64,000 bases of DNA from Macrostomum lignano (lineage: Eukaryota): contig NIVC01000575.1 in NCBI GenBank assembly GCA_002269645.1, positions 1 to 64,000 on the forward strand, given 5' to 3'. Position 1 is the stretch's first letter; each line of letters opens with the position of its first letter. Positions 12,028 to 23,490 of the stretch are shown here, piece after piece. The position numbers were made by a program, and so were the translations under genes. The notes below the pieces were generated by a model. The model saw nothing but the letters and a program-made list of their open reading frames with translations. It was not told the origin of the DNA and ran no database searches.

Positions 12028-12714
12028 GCCTTCATGAGGCCTGCAACAAGTCCGCTGCTGCAGACTTGGCTTGAAATTTTCGACGTAAAATATGGAATAT
12101 TGTTTCCAGAAATTGCGACTTACTATCGTTGAATAAAAATTGAATAAAAAATTAAAATACAATTGCAGTAGCCACTGCAAGTAATTACCAATTACAAAGT
12201 AATAATTGCAGTTCTTAGTGAATAATTTCGAATAGAGTTGAAATTGGCTAGAATTTGATTCTGCCGAGCTGCAGGTGCGGCAATTTTCAATTTAGTCTTT
12301 ACTATTTAATTGCCAGAGTGGGCTGGGCGCTTTTCAAGCTTTTCACGCCTCTCCAGCTGCTGCTGTCGCCTACGGTTCTTCAAACACGGCTAATCGATCG
12401 AGTGCTGCATCAGCGAAAAAACTTTCACTGTTTTCCACTGCAGAGATAGACTGCGATAGTTTTATTAATTTAATGAAATAATGAAAAGCATAAGGACAGA
12501 CGGCCTTGCCGATTGCGATATTATGAATAATACTACTAATATTACAATATTATTATGAATATCTGGATAGCGCGCAGAAATGGGGCGAAAGGGGGAGAGG
12601 GAAAAGGTAAGGAGATGGAGAGAGAAAAAGTAGAGGAGAGATAAGAGAGAGAAGGGATGATACACAATCAGTAAAGACGGGAACTTTGACACTGAAGAAA
12701 ATTGCTACGTCAGT

Positions 12715-14744
12715 TTGAGGCAGGTATCTGACTCTAACCAAGGACTTCTAGATAATAAACTGGACGGGAAGGCTGTGTTGAAAAAGGCAGCTGGCTGTAC
12801 CAGAGGTGGCCTAAGAAACAAACGCGTTTTCCTCTCATTTTGTCCTCGGACCCCTCCTATTGAGAAATGTTTTTCAATCCTACCAAGGCTAGCTGCGAAG
12901 AAGAAATACAGCAGAAACTATTCACCCGAGCTAATAATATTTGCATATCTAATTCACGCATCCAGTTCCGCTGCCTACAAAGTTTTACTTCAAGAGAATG
13001 TTTTGTGCCTACCATCAATTAAGACACTTCAGGTCACATGACAGGTTCAAAGCAACACTGGGTTAGACAACACTGCGTAGTCTTCGTGTCTCAAAGCTAA
13101 ATGCCTTCGAAAGGAAATGTCTACTTATCATTGATGATATTGCAAAACGCGTCGAATATAGCAATGGTGAAGTGCATGGGCTGACAGCCGCAGGGTCAGT
13201 GGCATCAACTCTACTCTGTTTCATGGTTAAATCATTAGTCAATAGATTCAAAGACCTGGTTGCTATTTTCCCAGTAGCTACTCTGACAGTTGAGAAGCAG
13301 TATCTTTGTTACAATGACGTCACGACAACTGTTCGAAAAGTTGGTTTGGAATGCATAGGAATTTCCGTAGATAATGCGTCCGTTAACAGAATTTTTTGTG
13401 AACAGCCTTTGCGGTGGAACTCTGACGACAAAAATTTACGACTCCATTACGGAACAGCCAATATTTCTAATTTTTGATCCCGTGCACGACTTAAAAAATG
13501 TATACAACAATTTTCAAACGCGCAAAGCTTCATTGCCCAAGTTTTGAACCAGATTTACCGAATGGTTGCCGAGCCAGTTTTCATCACATCACGCAACTAT
13601 ATCAGTTAGAAGCGTCCGCTCCACTCAAAAAGCTCATAAGTTATCGCCTTCTGTTCTTAATCCAAAGAATATCGAACGTGCATGAAACTGCGCTTTTCAT
13701 TTCTATGATAGAGGAGTTGTGGAAAATTTTTAACGTGAAATCATCTACAAAAGGGAAGCATTGATTCCAACTTCCCAGCGTGATTGCGCCATGGATCCTA
13801 TTACATCAACGCAAGATTGGAAGCTGAAACATCTGAGAAAATTCGCGGATTTCCTTCAACGCTGGGAAGCCAATGGTCGCTTGGGACTGTCAAAAGAAAC
13901 ATTTCTAGCTTTACGCCAAGCGTGTTTGTCTCTTTCCGATTGTGCTTCATATCTGCTCGATCACGCCGGATTCAACTTCGTACTTCTTGGTCATCTCCAA
14001 TCCGACGCCCTGGAGTCTAGATTCGGGTGGTTGCGTCAACTCTCTGGTGCAAACTATTATGTATCGATGCGGCAGATTTTAGAAAGCGATAAAAAAATTC
14101 GGGCCGTCTCCCTCTTTAAGTACTCAAACATCAGCCTGACAGATATAGAAAGCGCTGTCCGAGCTGAATTCGACCGCCGATGCCATTGCAGCTGCACTGA
14201 AGCTTGATCATGAGCCATCAGTTTATGAAAAAAAACATCATCTTTTTTCGTAAGTTGTTATGCCGCTCGATCAACTATTTGATCTACGAGGTGCAAATCT
14301 TGCTCTGAATTTCTCACTGACTTTGAAAACGTTCAATCGGCGACTGACGATTCCAGCTTGTGTTCATCAACGTTCCAGGACAGCATTGACAGGGGCGGCC
14401 TGGTGAAGCCATCGGAGTTTGTTTTTAATCTGGCAGCTCATTGTTGGAAAGTCTTTCAGGAGATTTGGGCCGACTGTAATCTTAAGAAGCAGTTTTTGCG
14501 ATCGTCTTGCCAGCGCTCCCTGTTCAGCAAGATCATTGATCGCTGCACTTTCAACGAGGAGCACATGCACCTGGTGTTTGGCATCAGCATGTGCACATCC
14601 GGCCACGATCTGCGGAGCCACATCGTTCGTCGGCTTTTCCACTTCTTTGCGAAGAAATTCGTCAAGGAGATGACCAACACAGTGCAGTCGAATTCTGGGC
14701 GACAGAAGCGCAAAATTGCTAAGCTGTCAGGTTCAAAAATGTGA
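12715..14744 (+). mobile_element. Decayed P-element/THAP9-like DNA transposase, multiple frameshifts and stops, THAP domain not seen
   Basis: Fragments: YSPELIIFAYLIHASSSAAYKVL..LCLPSIKTL; LIIDD; TLLCFMVKSL; ISVDNASVN; FDPVHDLKN; LSKETFLALRQ; GHLQSDALESRFGWLRQLSGANY, typical of P-superfamily D/D/H/E transposases. Confidence 0.85.
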
Positions 14745-14800
14745 GATGCGTCTGCACTTAAGACTGTAAGTAGAAAAAAATTGTGGGTATACGCTCGTAT

Positions 14801-15157
14801 ATTATTAGAGGCAGGGGGGTTGTGTGCACCCTGGCGCACTTTAAGCGACATAGGCACACAACCGGCGAGAGGCATTGCTGCCCATTCCGCCGACTCCCCT
14901 GAGCAGGCATACAAGCGCGCGGATACGTACGCAGGCACACACTCACACAGGAGTGTACAGCGGCCCTAACTTTATATTATCGTTAGGCATGTACACTTCA
15001 CTGTGCCTTGGGGGTTGGCTCTCAAGGCCGTTAATTGCACGAGCAGAGCCAAGCCGAGATTCCAATTCAGCCCCAAATTAATGTGACTGCACTTGGAATC
15101 GAGCCTGGGTCGCTGGCACACCAGAGCAGCTGCGCTACCGCTGGGCTACGGCCCCCC
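14801..15157 (-). mobile_element. tRNA-derived SINE (~357 bp), copy 1, with 11-bp TSD
   Basis: On the - strand begins ggggccgTAGCCCAGCGG (A box) ... GGCTCGATTCC (B box-like); TSD tacgctcgtat at 14790-14800 and 15158-15168; near-identical to 26723-27084. Confidence 0.92.
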
Positions 15158-15282
15158 TACGCTCGTATTTATCCTCTAGTTATCTGTGGCGTATCTATTT
15201 AATTTTTATATTATTTTCCACTTTTTTAGTACCATATTCGTACCGAAAGGAATGGGGCAAAATCTGTGCCTCAGTGCCTTTA

Positions 15283-15812
15283 TGTCTGAGTCGGATGCTT
15301 CAGTGCTTGAGTTGGATGCATCAGTGCCTGAGTCGGATACACTAGTGTCTGATTCGGATGCATCAGTGTCTGATTCGGATGCATCAGTGCCTGAGTCGGA
15401 TACACTAGTGTCTGATTCGGATGCATCAGTGCCTGAGTCGGATACACTAGTGTCTGATTCGGATGCATCAGTGCCTGAGTCGGATACACTAGTGTCTGAT
15501 TCGGATGCATCAGTGTCTGATTCGGATGCATCAGTGCCTGAGTCGGATACACTAGTGTCTGATTCGGATGCATCAGTGCCTGAGTCGGATACACTAGTGT
15601 CTGATTCGGATGCATCAGTGCCTGAGTCGGATACACTAGTGTCTGATTCGGATGCATCAGTGCCTGAGTCGGATACACTAGTGTCTGATTCGGATGCATC
15701 AGTGCCTGAGTCGGATACACTAGTGTCTGATTCGGATGCATCAGTGCCTGAGTCGGATTCACTAGTGTCTGATTCGGATGCATCAGTGCCTGAGTCGGAT
15801 GCTTGAGTTGGA
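15283..15812 (+). repeat. 42-bp (2 x 21-bp) minisatellite tgattcggatgcatcagtgcctgagtcggatacactagtgtc
   Basis: Tandem copies; source of the spurious SDASVPESDTLV ORF. Confidence 0.95.
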
Positions 15813-16077
15813 CCGAAGGTCTCCTAAAGCCATGAAATTCAGTACTCCTACCGGTAAGAAATCCCAAAATAACGCTACCTAAATTTTTTTCTATGTACGA
15901 AATCAAGGAATGTAATATTAGCTATATTGAGCTATATAGGGGGCCCCGGCCGCAGCAATCAGTGGATTGAGCTACAAATGCTCATTAAAATTACCAAAAG
16001 AACGACAATTTTCTTTTCTTACGCCGCAGAAATTATTTTACATAGCCACGTGAGGATTATGCCGAAATACTGAGCCA

Positions 16078-16190
16078 CTGATCCAACTCAGACACTGGTG
16101 CATCCGACTCAAGCACTGAAGCATCCGACTCAGGCAATGAAGCATCCGACTCAAGCACTGAAGCATCCGACTCAAGCACTGAAGCATCCA
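16078..16190 (-). repeat. 21-bp repeat (gcatccgactcaagcactgaa), inverted relative of the 15283-15812 array
   Basis: Reverse complement ttcagtgcttgagtcggatgc matches the upstream array unit. Confidence 0.85.
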
Positions 16191-16995
16191 TACTTGAGAA
16201 ATGCAGTGCACGATGTCCTTCACGCACGAGTGAACGAGAAGGAACGGTTTCGCATTTGCTGCAAATAGATGCGCGCATTCAACATGATAGAAGAATGTGC
16301 AACGAAAAGTACAAGCTGATTGTGAGTGCAATTGAAAGGGGAGACAGCACTGTCCACATTTCACGATGGATGAAGGTGAAGCTGCAAAACTGTATAGGCA
16401 AAATTGTGAATGGTTTAGCCACTATGCTTCGCTTCGTTCCCGCTGCATCACAGGTGAAGCAATTCTAAAACTCATTACTGATACTTAGCTATTTCAAATG
16501 ACATTTCACTTGCCTGCTTGAGACCTGCGTTTGCTAATTTTCTGCCATATCAGCTGTAGATTCAGTTGCTCTGTTTTCCTTTTCAAACTGTTTGTGCATT
16601 ATTGCTGTCTCCCCTAATACAGTGTTAAAATGCGATATTAGTGACACTGGAAATGACTAACTGAGTGCTCGGATTATTAAATTGGATGCTCCAAAGCCCA
16701 TGGTTTGGACCATAAAGTACTGAAAAATCTATCTTTTAGCACTAGGTTTTCTCACTGATTATTAAATTGCTTGCTCATAATATCAAATGGCTTGCAAAAA
16801 GCTATATTAAGTAACCTTAGCAGTCAAATGAATAAGAGAAAAGCAATGCAATGTTTTCAAGCTTATGACATGAAGATTTAGCATATTAGCTCGTAGTATA
16901 TTTATTCTAATAGGTTGTTGTCCTTGCGCGACTACAGAGGCAGCAAAATCCTCAGTTGAAATTGAGCGCGCAGCCAGTAATATTAAAGGTTTGCG

Positions 16996-17001
16996 TTTAT
17001 T
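16996..17001 (-). terminator. Polyadenylation signal AATAAA of the secreted-peptide gene
   Basis: tttatt on the + strand, ~85 nt downstream of the stop at 17086. Confidence 0.55.
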
Positions 17002-17085
17002 TTTTGTCATCAGTAGATGTTGTTGTTGTTGCTTCATGCTAAATTAACGCTGAATTTGCTGAATTTGCTGGCAGATGTTGCTGAA

Positions 17086-17481
17086 TTAACGCCTCTGCCA
17101 GAGCCAGTGCCAGCGCCGGGGCGGGTCCGGCGAGCGGCCAGATCGCTCGTGCTTGAGGGCAAACTTCAGATAGTTGAACAGTGGAATGTAGGAGCGCTTC
17201 TTCACCAGTTCGTCTCCGGCCTCGACGTCGGAGTCTGCGGGATATTCAACCGGGTTGGAGTTCATTAATAAGCTGCTTACTGGCTGCATTAATGAACTGA
17301 TAGCGTGAGAAAGTGGATTCAGCTTACCTTTGTTGGCAGGATGCTTCAAGTCTGTCTCGTCGGGGTCTTCAACGGGGCTTCTGCCGCGGCAAGGATGGGC
17401 CGAAGCGGCATAGACAGCAGCAGCGACAGTCAGGAATAGCAGCAGAAGCTGCGCAATGCTCAGTTTTTGCTTGGCTGCCAT
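17086..17481 (-). CDS. Secreted peptide precursor (neuropeptide/hormone- or antimicrobial-like), ~115 aa. Exons 17481-17328 and 17279-17086 (48-nt in-frame intron).
   Basis: Signal peptide MAAKQKLSIAQLLLLFLTVAAAVYAASA; acidic pro-region; KKR cleavage site; basic C-terminal 35-mer. Donor AAG|GTAAGC and acceptor CCAG; upstream TATA box and downstream AATAAA. Confidence 0.8.
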   Translation of the reverse strand: MAAKQKLSIAQLLLLFLTVAAAVYAASAHPCRGRSPVEDPDETDLKHPANKGKLNPLSHAISSLMQPVSSLLMNSNPVEYPADSDVEAGDELVKKRSYIPLFNYLKFALKHERSGRSPDPPRRWHWLWQRR

Positions 17482-17555
17482 GCTCTTCTTCTGTTTTCCA
17501 AATTGTTTCTGCAGTCAGCTCTGGTTGCGGTCCTGACTCTGCCGCTCGGAGCCGG

Positions 17556-17563
17556 CTTTTATA
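17556..17563 (-). promoter_or_regulatory. TATA box (TATAAAAG) of the secreted-peptide gene
   Basis: cttttata on the + strand, ~80 nt upstream of the ATG at 17481. Confidence 0.7.
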
Positions 17564-18009
17564 GACTCGACAGCCAGACAGGCTTGGCACCAGCTGGCGC
17601 TAAATTGCTTAATTAGTAGGGGGGTGGGAAGCACGAGGATGGAGAAGAGTGCCAAATTTTCCAGCTGCAATCATTTTGCTAATTTGCTCTCGATGAAGCT
17701 CAATTATGGACAAAATTGGCTTACAGGCGGCAATTCTCTTGCTGCAGATGCAGAAAATACGGCGATTGAGAATCAACAAAATCAGAGAAACGTTTCCCTG
17801 CTGCTCAATTGTGCCACCGAGGCTGGCCGACTCGAAAAACTGTCCGATTAAGTAGACCAAACTTCTATCTCTGTTTTGATGTTTGCTGTTGTTGTTTGTT
17901 GTTTGCAATCTACACTGCAGAGTACTATTTTGACTCATATTTTATATTTTATATTTTATATATTTTGACTCACACTCAAGCTTGTAAGACTGTTGATTTA
18001 ATTTTAAGA

Positions 18010-18658
18010 CAGGGGTCGGCAAACTTTTTCACCTCAGAGACCAGATAGAGAATCTACGAGCTAGATCATTGCTGCGGGCCGGAGAGGAAGAGGGAATAGG
18101 AGAGAAGAGGAGAGAGGATATAAGAGATAAGAAGAGATGAGAGCGAAAATAAAAAGAGATAAAAGAGGAGAGGAGAGGAAAGAGATGAGAGGCCAGAGGA
18201 AAGGATAGGATGGAGAGGAGAGGAGAGAAAAGAGAGGAGAGAGATAAGAGAAGAGAAGAGAGGGATGAGATGAGAGAGGAGAGAGAGGAGAGGAGAGAGG
18301 ACAGGAGAGAGGAGAGGAGAGAGGAGAGGTGGGAGGCGAGATGAAAAATGCGATGAGAGAAGAGATGAGAGAGGAGAGGAGAGAGGAGAGGAGAGAGGAA
18401 AGAAGAGATGAGAGGAGAGATGAAGGGTGGGAGGAGAGGTGAAAAATGCGATGAGAGAGAAGATAAGAGAGGAGAGGAGATAAGAGAGGAGATGAGATAA
18501 GAGAGGAGAGAGGAGAGGAGAGATGAAGGGAGAGGAAAAGTGAGAAGAGAAGACACAAACCCTGAGCGGGCCGGATTGCTATTGTGAAATTTCAAAGGAC
18601 CCGAGGGCCGGATAGATAATCTTTGCGGGCCGCATGTGACCCTCAGGCCGGAGTTTGC
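18010..18658 (+). mobile_element. hAT-type MITE with internal AG-rich expansion; right TIR partly deleted
   Basis: Left TIR caggggtcggcaaac; right end gtttgc followed by ttaaga, matching the left flank ttttaaga; body shared with 3905-4063; ~480 bp of (gagag)n-like sequence inside. Confidence 0.7.
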
Positions 18659-18777
18659 TTAAGAGTTTGTGAAGAATTTAATCACATCGGTGCTTTCTGG
18701 TGGTCAAGTTTGGCTAAGGTTATACAAGGTTTCTAGTGAGATGTGCCCAGCTTTGTGCCCAACAAGAGACAGGGGTG

Positions 18778-19332
18778 CCCACCAAGGAGATTGGGGCGCC
18801 AACCAAGGAGATTGGGGCGCCAACCAAGGAGATTGGGGCGCCAACCAAGGAGATTAGGGCGCCAATCTAGGAGATTGGGGCGCCAACCAAGGAGATTGGG
18901 GCGCCAACCAAGGAGATTGGGGCGCCAACCAAGGAGACTGGGGCGCCAACCAAGGAGATTGGGGCGCCAACCAAGGAGATTGGGGCGCCAACCAAGGAGA
19001 TTGGGGCGCCAACCAAGGAGACTGGGGCGCCAACCAAGGAGATTGGGGCGCCAACCAAGGAGATTGGGGCGCCAACCAAGGAGATTGGGGCGCCAACCAA
19101 GGAGACTGGGGCGCCAACCAAGGAGATTGGGGCGCCAACCAAGGAGATTGGGGCGCCAACCAAGGAGATTGGGGCGCCAACCAAGGAGATTGGGGCGCCA
19201 ACCAAGGAGATTGGGGCGCCAACCAAGGAGATTGGGGCGCCAACCAAGGAGATTGGGGCGCCAACCAAGGAGATTGGGGCGCCAACCAAGGAGATTGGGG
19301 CGCCAACCAAGGAGATTAGGGCGCCAATCAAG
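18778..19332. repeat. 21-bp minisatellite accaaggagattggggcgcca, ~26 copies
   Basis: Near-perfect tandem array; the PRRLGRQ and WRPNLLG ORFs are artefacts. Confidence 0.97.
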
Positions 19333-20029
19333 ATGAGTCACTGCTACCCTAAACGAACCACTTGATTGACTGACATCAATGTGGTCGGTCTAGTATGCCC
19401 GAGAAGTAAAGCAACGTTAGAACTCGCCCAGTCTTGCATGCAATACTCGTAAGTGTTTTTCATCTATTTTTCTTTCGGTTCGGCAGAATTTTGGGCACTT
19501 AGAGACTGCAGCAGCTGTTCAAGTCTGGAATCGGCTATTCATTTTTCTTTAACATAAAACTGAAAAAGCTTTTTTGTTTTTCTGCCTTTCGACAGCTGCA
19601 GCGAGTTTGCTCGTCAGAAAAACAATTTTCTGAGCGACGTATTGAAAGAATTCCGACAAATTGGGGAAATTGCTTGCCAAGTAGGCACCAGTTTACTGCG
19701 CGCCTTTGAGCTGGCTTCTGTCCCACCGTGTCTAGCAGAAAAGCATTTTTCTCTGGAGATAAACCGCTCCACCTCAGCAAATCGTTGCGGCACCCAAGCT
19801 CAAGCGGCTATTTTTGTCCTGCTCGAAAAACTTATTCTTCCCCGAGGCTGCTTCGTCACATTTGGATTGGTTAATCGGTTGCTTTCCTCCGCTTCTCCTA
19901 GAAAATTCTAATATTTTTCGTCCCAACTGATTGCCAGACAATTAAATCTTAATGCATGCGGATGTCCAAGGACTACTTGCAGTGTAATTTGAAGAGTTTT
20001 TTTCAATTATTCAAGGCCCAGTGTCTGCG

Positions 20030-21075
20030 TGTCCGTCTTAGTGTCTGCCTGTTTTACTGTCTTAGTGTCTGTCTGTCTTACTGTCTTAGTGTCTGTCTGT
20101 CTTACTGTCTTAGTGTCTGCCTGTCTTACTGTCTTAGTGTCTGTCTGTCTTACTGTCTTGGTGTCTGCCTGTCTTACTGTCTTAGTGTCTGTCTGTCTTA
20201 CTGTCTTAGTGTCTGTCTGTCTTACTGTCTTAGTGTCTGTCTGTCTTACTGTCTTGGTGTCTGTCTGTCTTACTGTCTTAGTGTCTGTCTGTCTTACTGT
20301 CTTGGTGTCTGCCTGTCTTACTGTCTTAGTGTCTGTCTGTCTTACTGTCTTAGTGTCTGTCTGTCTTACTGTCTTAGTGTCTGTCTGTCTTACTGTCTTA
20401 GTGTCTGTCTGTCTTACTGTCTTAGTGTCTGCCTGTCTTACTGTCTTAGTGTCTGTCTGTCTTACTGTCTTAGTGTCTGCCTGTCTTACTGTCTTAGTGT
20501 CTGTCTGTCTTACTGTCTTAGTGTCTGTCTGTCTTACTGTCTTAGTGTCTGTCTGTCTTACTGTCTTGGTGTCTGCCTGTCTTACTGTCTTAGTGTCTGT
20601 CTGTCTTACTGTCTTAGTGTCTGTCTGTCTTACTGTCTTAGTGTCTGTCTGTCTTACTGTCTTAGTGTCTGTCTGTCTTACTGTCTTAGTGTCTGTCTGT
20701 CTTACTGTCTTAGTGTCTGTCTGTCTTACTGTCTTAGTGTCTGTCTATCTTACTGTCTTAGTTTCTGTCTGTCTTACTGTCTTAGTGTCTGCCTGTCTTA
20801 CTGTCTTAGTGTCTGTCTGTCTTACTGTCTTAGTGTCTGTCTGTCTTACTGTCTTAGTGTCTGTCTGTCTTACTGTCTTAGTGTCTGTCTGTCTTACTGT
20901 CTTAGTGTCTGTCTGTCTTACTGTCTTAGTGTCTGCCTGTCTTACTGTCTTAGTGTCTGTCTGTCTTACTGTCTTAGTGTCTGTCTGTCTGTCTGTCTGT
21001 CTGTCTTACTGTCTTAGTTTCTGTCTGTCTTACTGTCTGACTGTTTGTCTGTCTGTCTGTCTGTCTTATTAGTGT
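20030..21075. repeat. 24-bp minisatellite cttagtgtctgtctgtcttactgt, ~42 copies, decaying into (GTCT)n
   Basis: Tandem array; the 353-aa and 347-aa ORFs are artefacts. Confidence 0.97.
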
Positions 21076-23490
21076 CTTTCTTAGTGACTTAGTGTCGAGA
21101 ACGAACCTTTCCGCCTGTAAGAAGTAGGACGCTGCACTTGATTTTCTTAGAATTGAGCTGGAGGCCGGTAAGGAGGGCCTCCTTGCGGCTCCTTGACAAA
21201 CCTAAATCGAAACAATTTGTCATATTGCTAGTGCATTTAATATACTCTCAAGAAAAAGGATTTTTTCCACCGAATTTGTCTATGGTAAAACCTGTACATG
21301 TCAGGTCTCGATGAGGGTGATGTTTCGAGACATTAGAAATTTTGGCACTAGTTAAAACAAATCGCTACTGGTTTCTATACAAAATACATGCAGCTTCAGA
21401 TCTGCCCCCCCCCCCCGGTAACCAAACCCAGAAGTTTGACGCCCGCCAGTATTCACGCTGTTCTGCAAGCTGTGACATATTTCTCATGCTATACTATACT
21501 TTACGGCAGCTACTATTGACACTACATGTTATATCTATAAGTCCCTATTAAGATCATGCTGCATATTGGGGCTGAATATGCGACAGGAATGGGAGGTCAG
21601 AAAACTCAGTGATGATTACATATTGTAGTTTAACGTGCGGTAGTGATGCAATAGCAGGCCCCATCTACAACAGGCAAACCGCCCAGAAATGCTTAACAAA
21701 TGTGTAGCAGCTCGAAAATTGAATATAATCTGACTAATTTCAGAATTTTTAATTCAAAGTTCATTCGGCATAAATAAATTGGTAAGGCTCTCGTTGGATA
21801 TATCAATTCGATTAGAAACTACTGCATTAGGCGAAATCTCATCCTAGTGCCGCAGTTCATTGTAACAGATCTACAATAAACCACTCATTGTCTTAGGCTT
21901 AAACCATACTTTTTAAGCTGAGGAGCTTTCGAAATTAAACCGAAGCGCTTGATTTAACGTGCATCATGATGTATCGTTTAATGGTTGTGAGACAAACGCT
22001 ACGAATCATTCAGGTTTTATGAAGTTAACTCAATAGTACAATAAAGCTACTTATTTGATGCATTTAGATTTTATTTAAACGAATAAACGTACTCTACGAA
22101 GGTTTTCGTCGTCATTAAGACAAATTGCAAAGAACAAACGCATCGAATAAAGTAACAATACCCCAGTAAATTTGGCTTTCATGTGTGCCTTTTTCATTCC
22201 AGGACAGAATCAGTGAGGCTGCAGATCATACACATACCTACCTCAATGAGAGACAAATCATTTTTAGTATATTTAGATACGTAGGATTCACTCCCTTTCT
22301 ACTGTAGCTGAGAGTTCGCGCTTGGCCCAAAGCATGACAATTTTAAAAAGTTAGTAACATTATAACAAAAGTATTAGGCAAAAGTAGGAACGATTGAAAC
22401 TAGAAAAAGATACAAAACATTTCAAATTTTTTTAGCTATGAAAAATGAAAATTTTGCATTTTTACACTTTTCTGTTAAATCGGTTTTTAATACTATCTGT
22501 CGCTAAACAAAAATTTAACTTGTAAAATACTGTCTTTTTATAAAACAGTACTTTAGCTTCAGCTTTACTTTAGCTTCACGATGCTGTTTCTAAGCTTGTT
22601 TGTTGATATTGTAATCTTTTAGTCTCACTCCAATAAGTTGTTTTATGTCTAGTTATTTCTAATTATAGCTTAAAACCCGATTTTATCCTGTTGGATTAAA
22701 TATATCGAACAGTTAGTTTGAACTGCTTGTGCAGTAGAAGTAATTGTTACTTGGATATTTTTCCGTATTCTATGGATTGAAAGAAACTACTTTATATTTA
22801 TCTAAACACAGTGTTGAAATGCTGTTTGTTTAGTGTTCATAAAGATAAAAAAACTGAAATAGCACCAAATGAATATAATTTTATTGTGTTGCTAACACAA
22901 TGATTCATACTAGCACGAGTCAAGCAACGCATTGCAATATTTAGCAATAAATAAAAAGCCGAAGATGTTCAAAGCAGAAATATGCACTGCAGTATTATTT
23001 TTATTTATAGCTCGTTACCAGATAAAGAAATATATTTATTTTATTTATAATTCATTCTACAACAATGTTTACTTAATGAACATTTTTATATTTGTTCTTA
23101 ACATAAATAAACAATTAGTGTTTATAAAATTTTGAGCTTATTTTTATTCATATAAAGATTTTCATTCAGATTAAAATATTTTATTTATAGTTAGAAGTCC
23201 ATCTATACAAAGCATCCATTTATCAAAATAAATATGCATAATTAAAAAGACTTTTGTTAAACAGAGAAGCTTCATTTTATACAATAGTTCCTTGGCATAC
23301 AGTGACCATGTAATAAAAATAACTATGTATTAAAAAGTATGCATATATAATTAACTTTTTAAGAGCTTTAGGTCTTATGCAACATGTATCTTACCAATAA
23401 ATATCTAAACATGTTATTTTTGCTCACTAAAATGCAGTTCCTAAAAATACAGACAAACTAATATTTTTTAATGCTTTGACTGTTCATGAT

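Noticed and set aside
15085-15157. tRNA gene suggested by A/B boxes (also ~27010-27084)
   Set aside because: No complete cloverleaf; it is the head of a SINE bounded by TSDs
15186-15906. 206-aa and 208-aa repetitive ORFs (SDASVPESDTLV) resembling adhesive or structural proteins
   Set aside because: Open on both strands because of the 42-bp unit; no signal peptide or ATG context, and the same unit recurs inverted nearby
18733-19341. PRRLGRQ repeat ORF resembling a multi-copy neuropeptide precursor
   Set aside because: Perfect 21-bp DNA repeat with almost no synonymous variation, no signal peptide, and open in several frames
19956-21072. 353-aa and 347-aa Cys/Leu/Val repeat ORFs
   Set aside because: Artefacts of the 24-bp minisatellite
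22745-22757. Possible X-box gttacttggatat upstream of CFAP69
   Set aside because: Second half-site is too poor a match in AT-rich DNA
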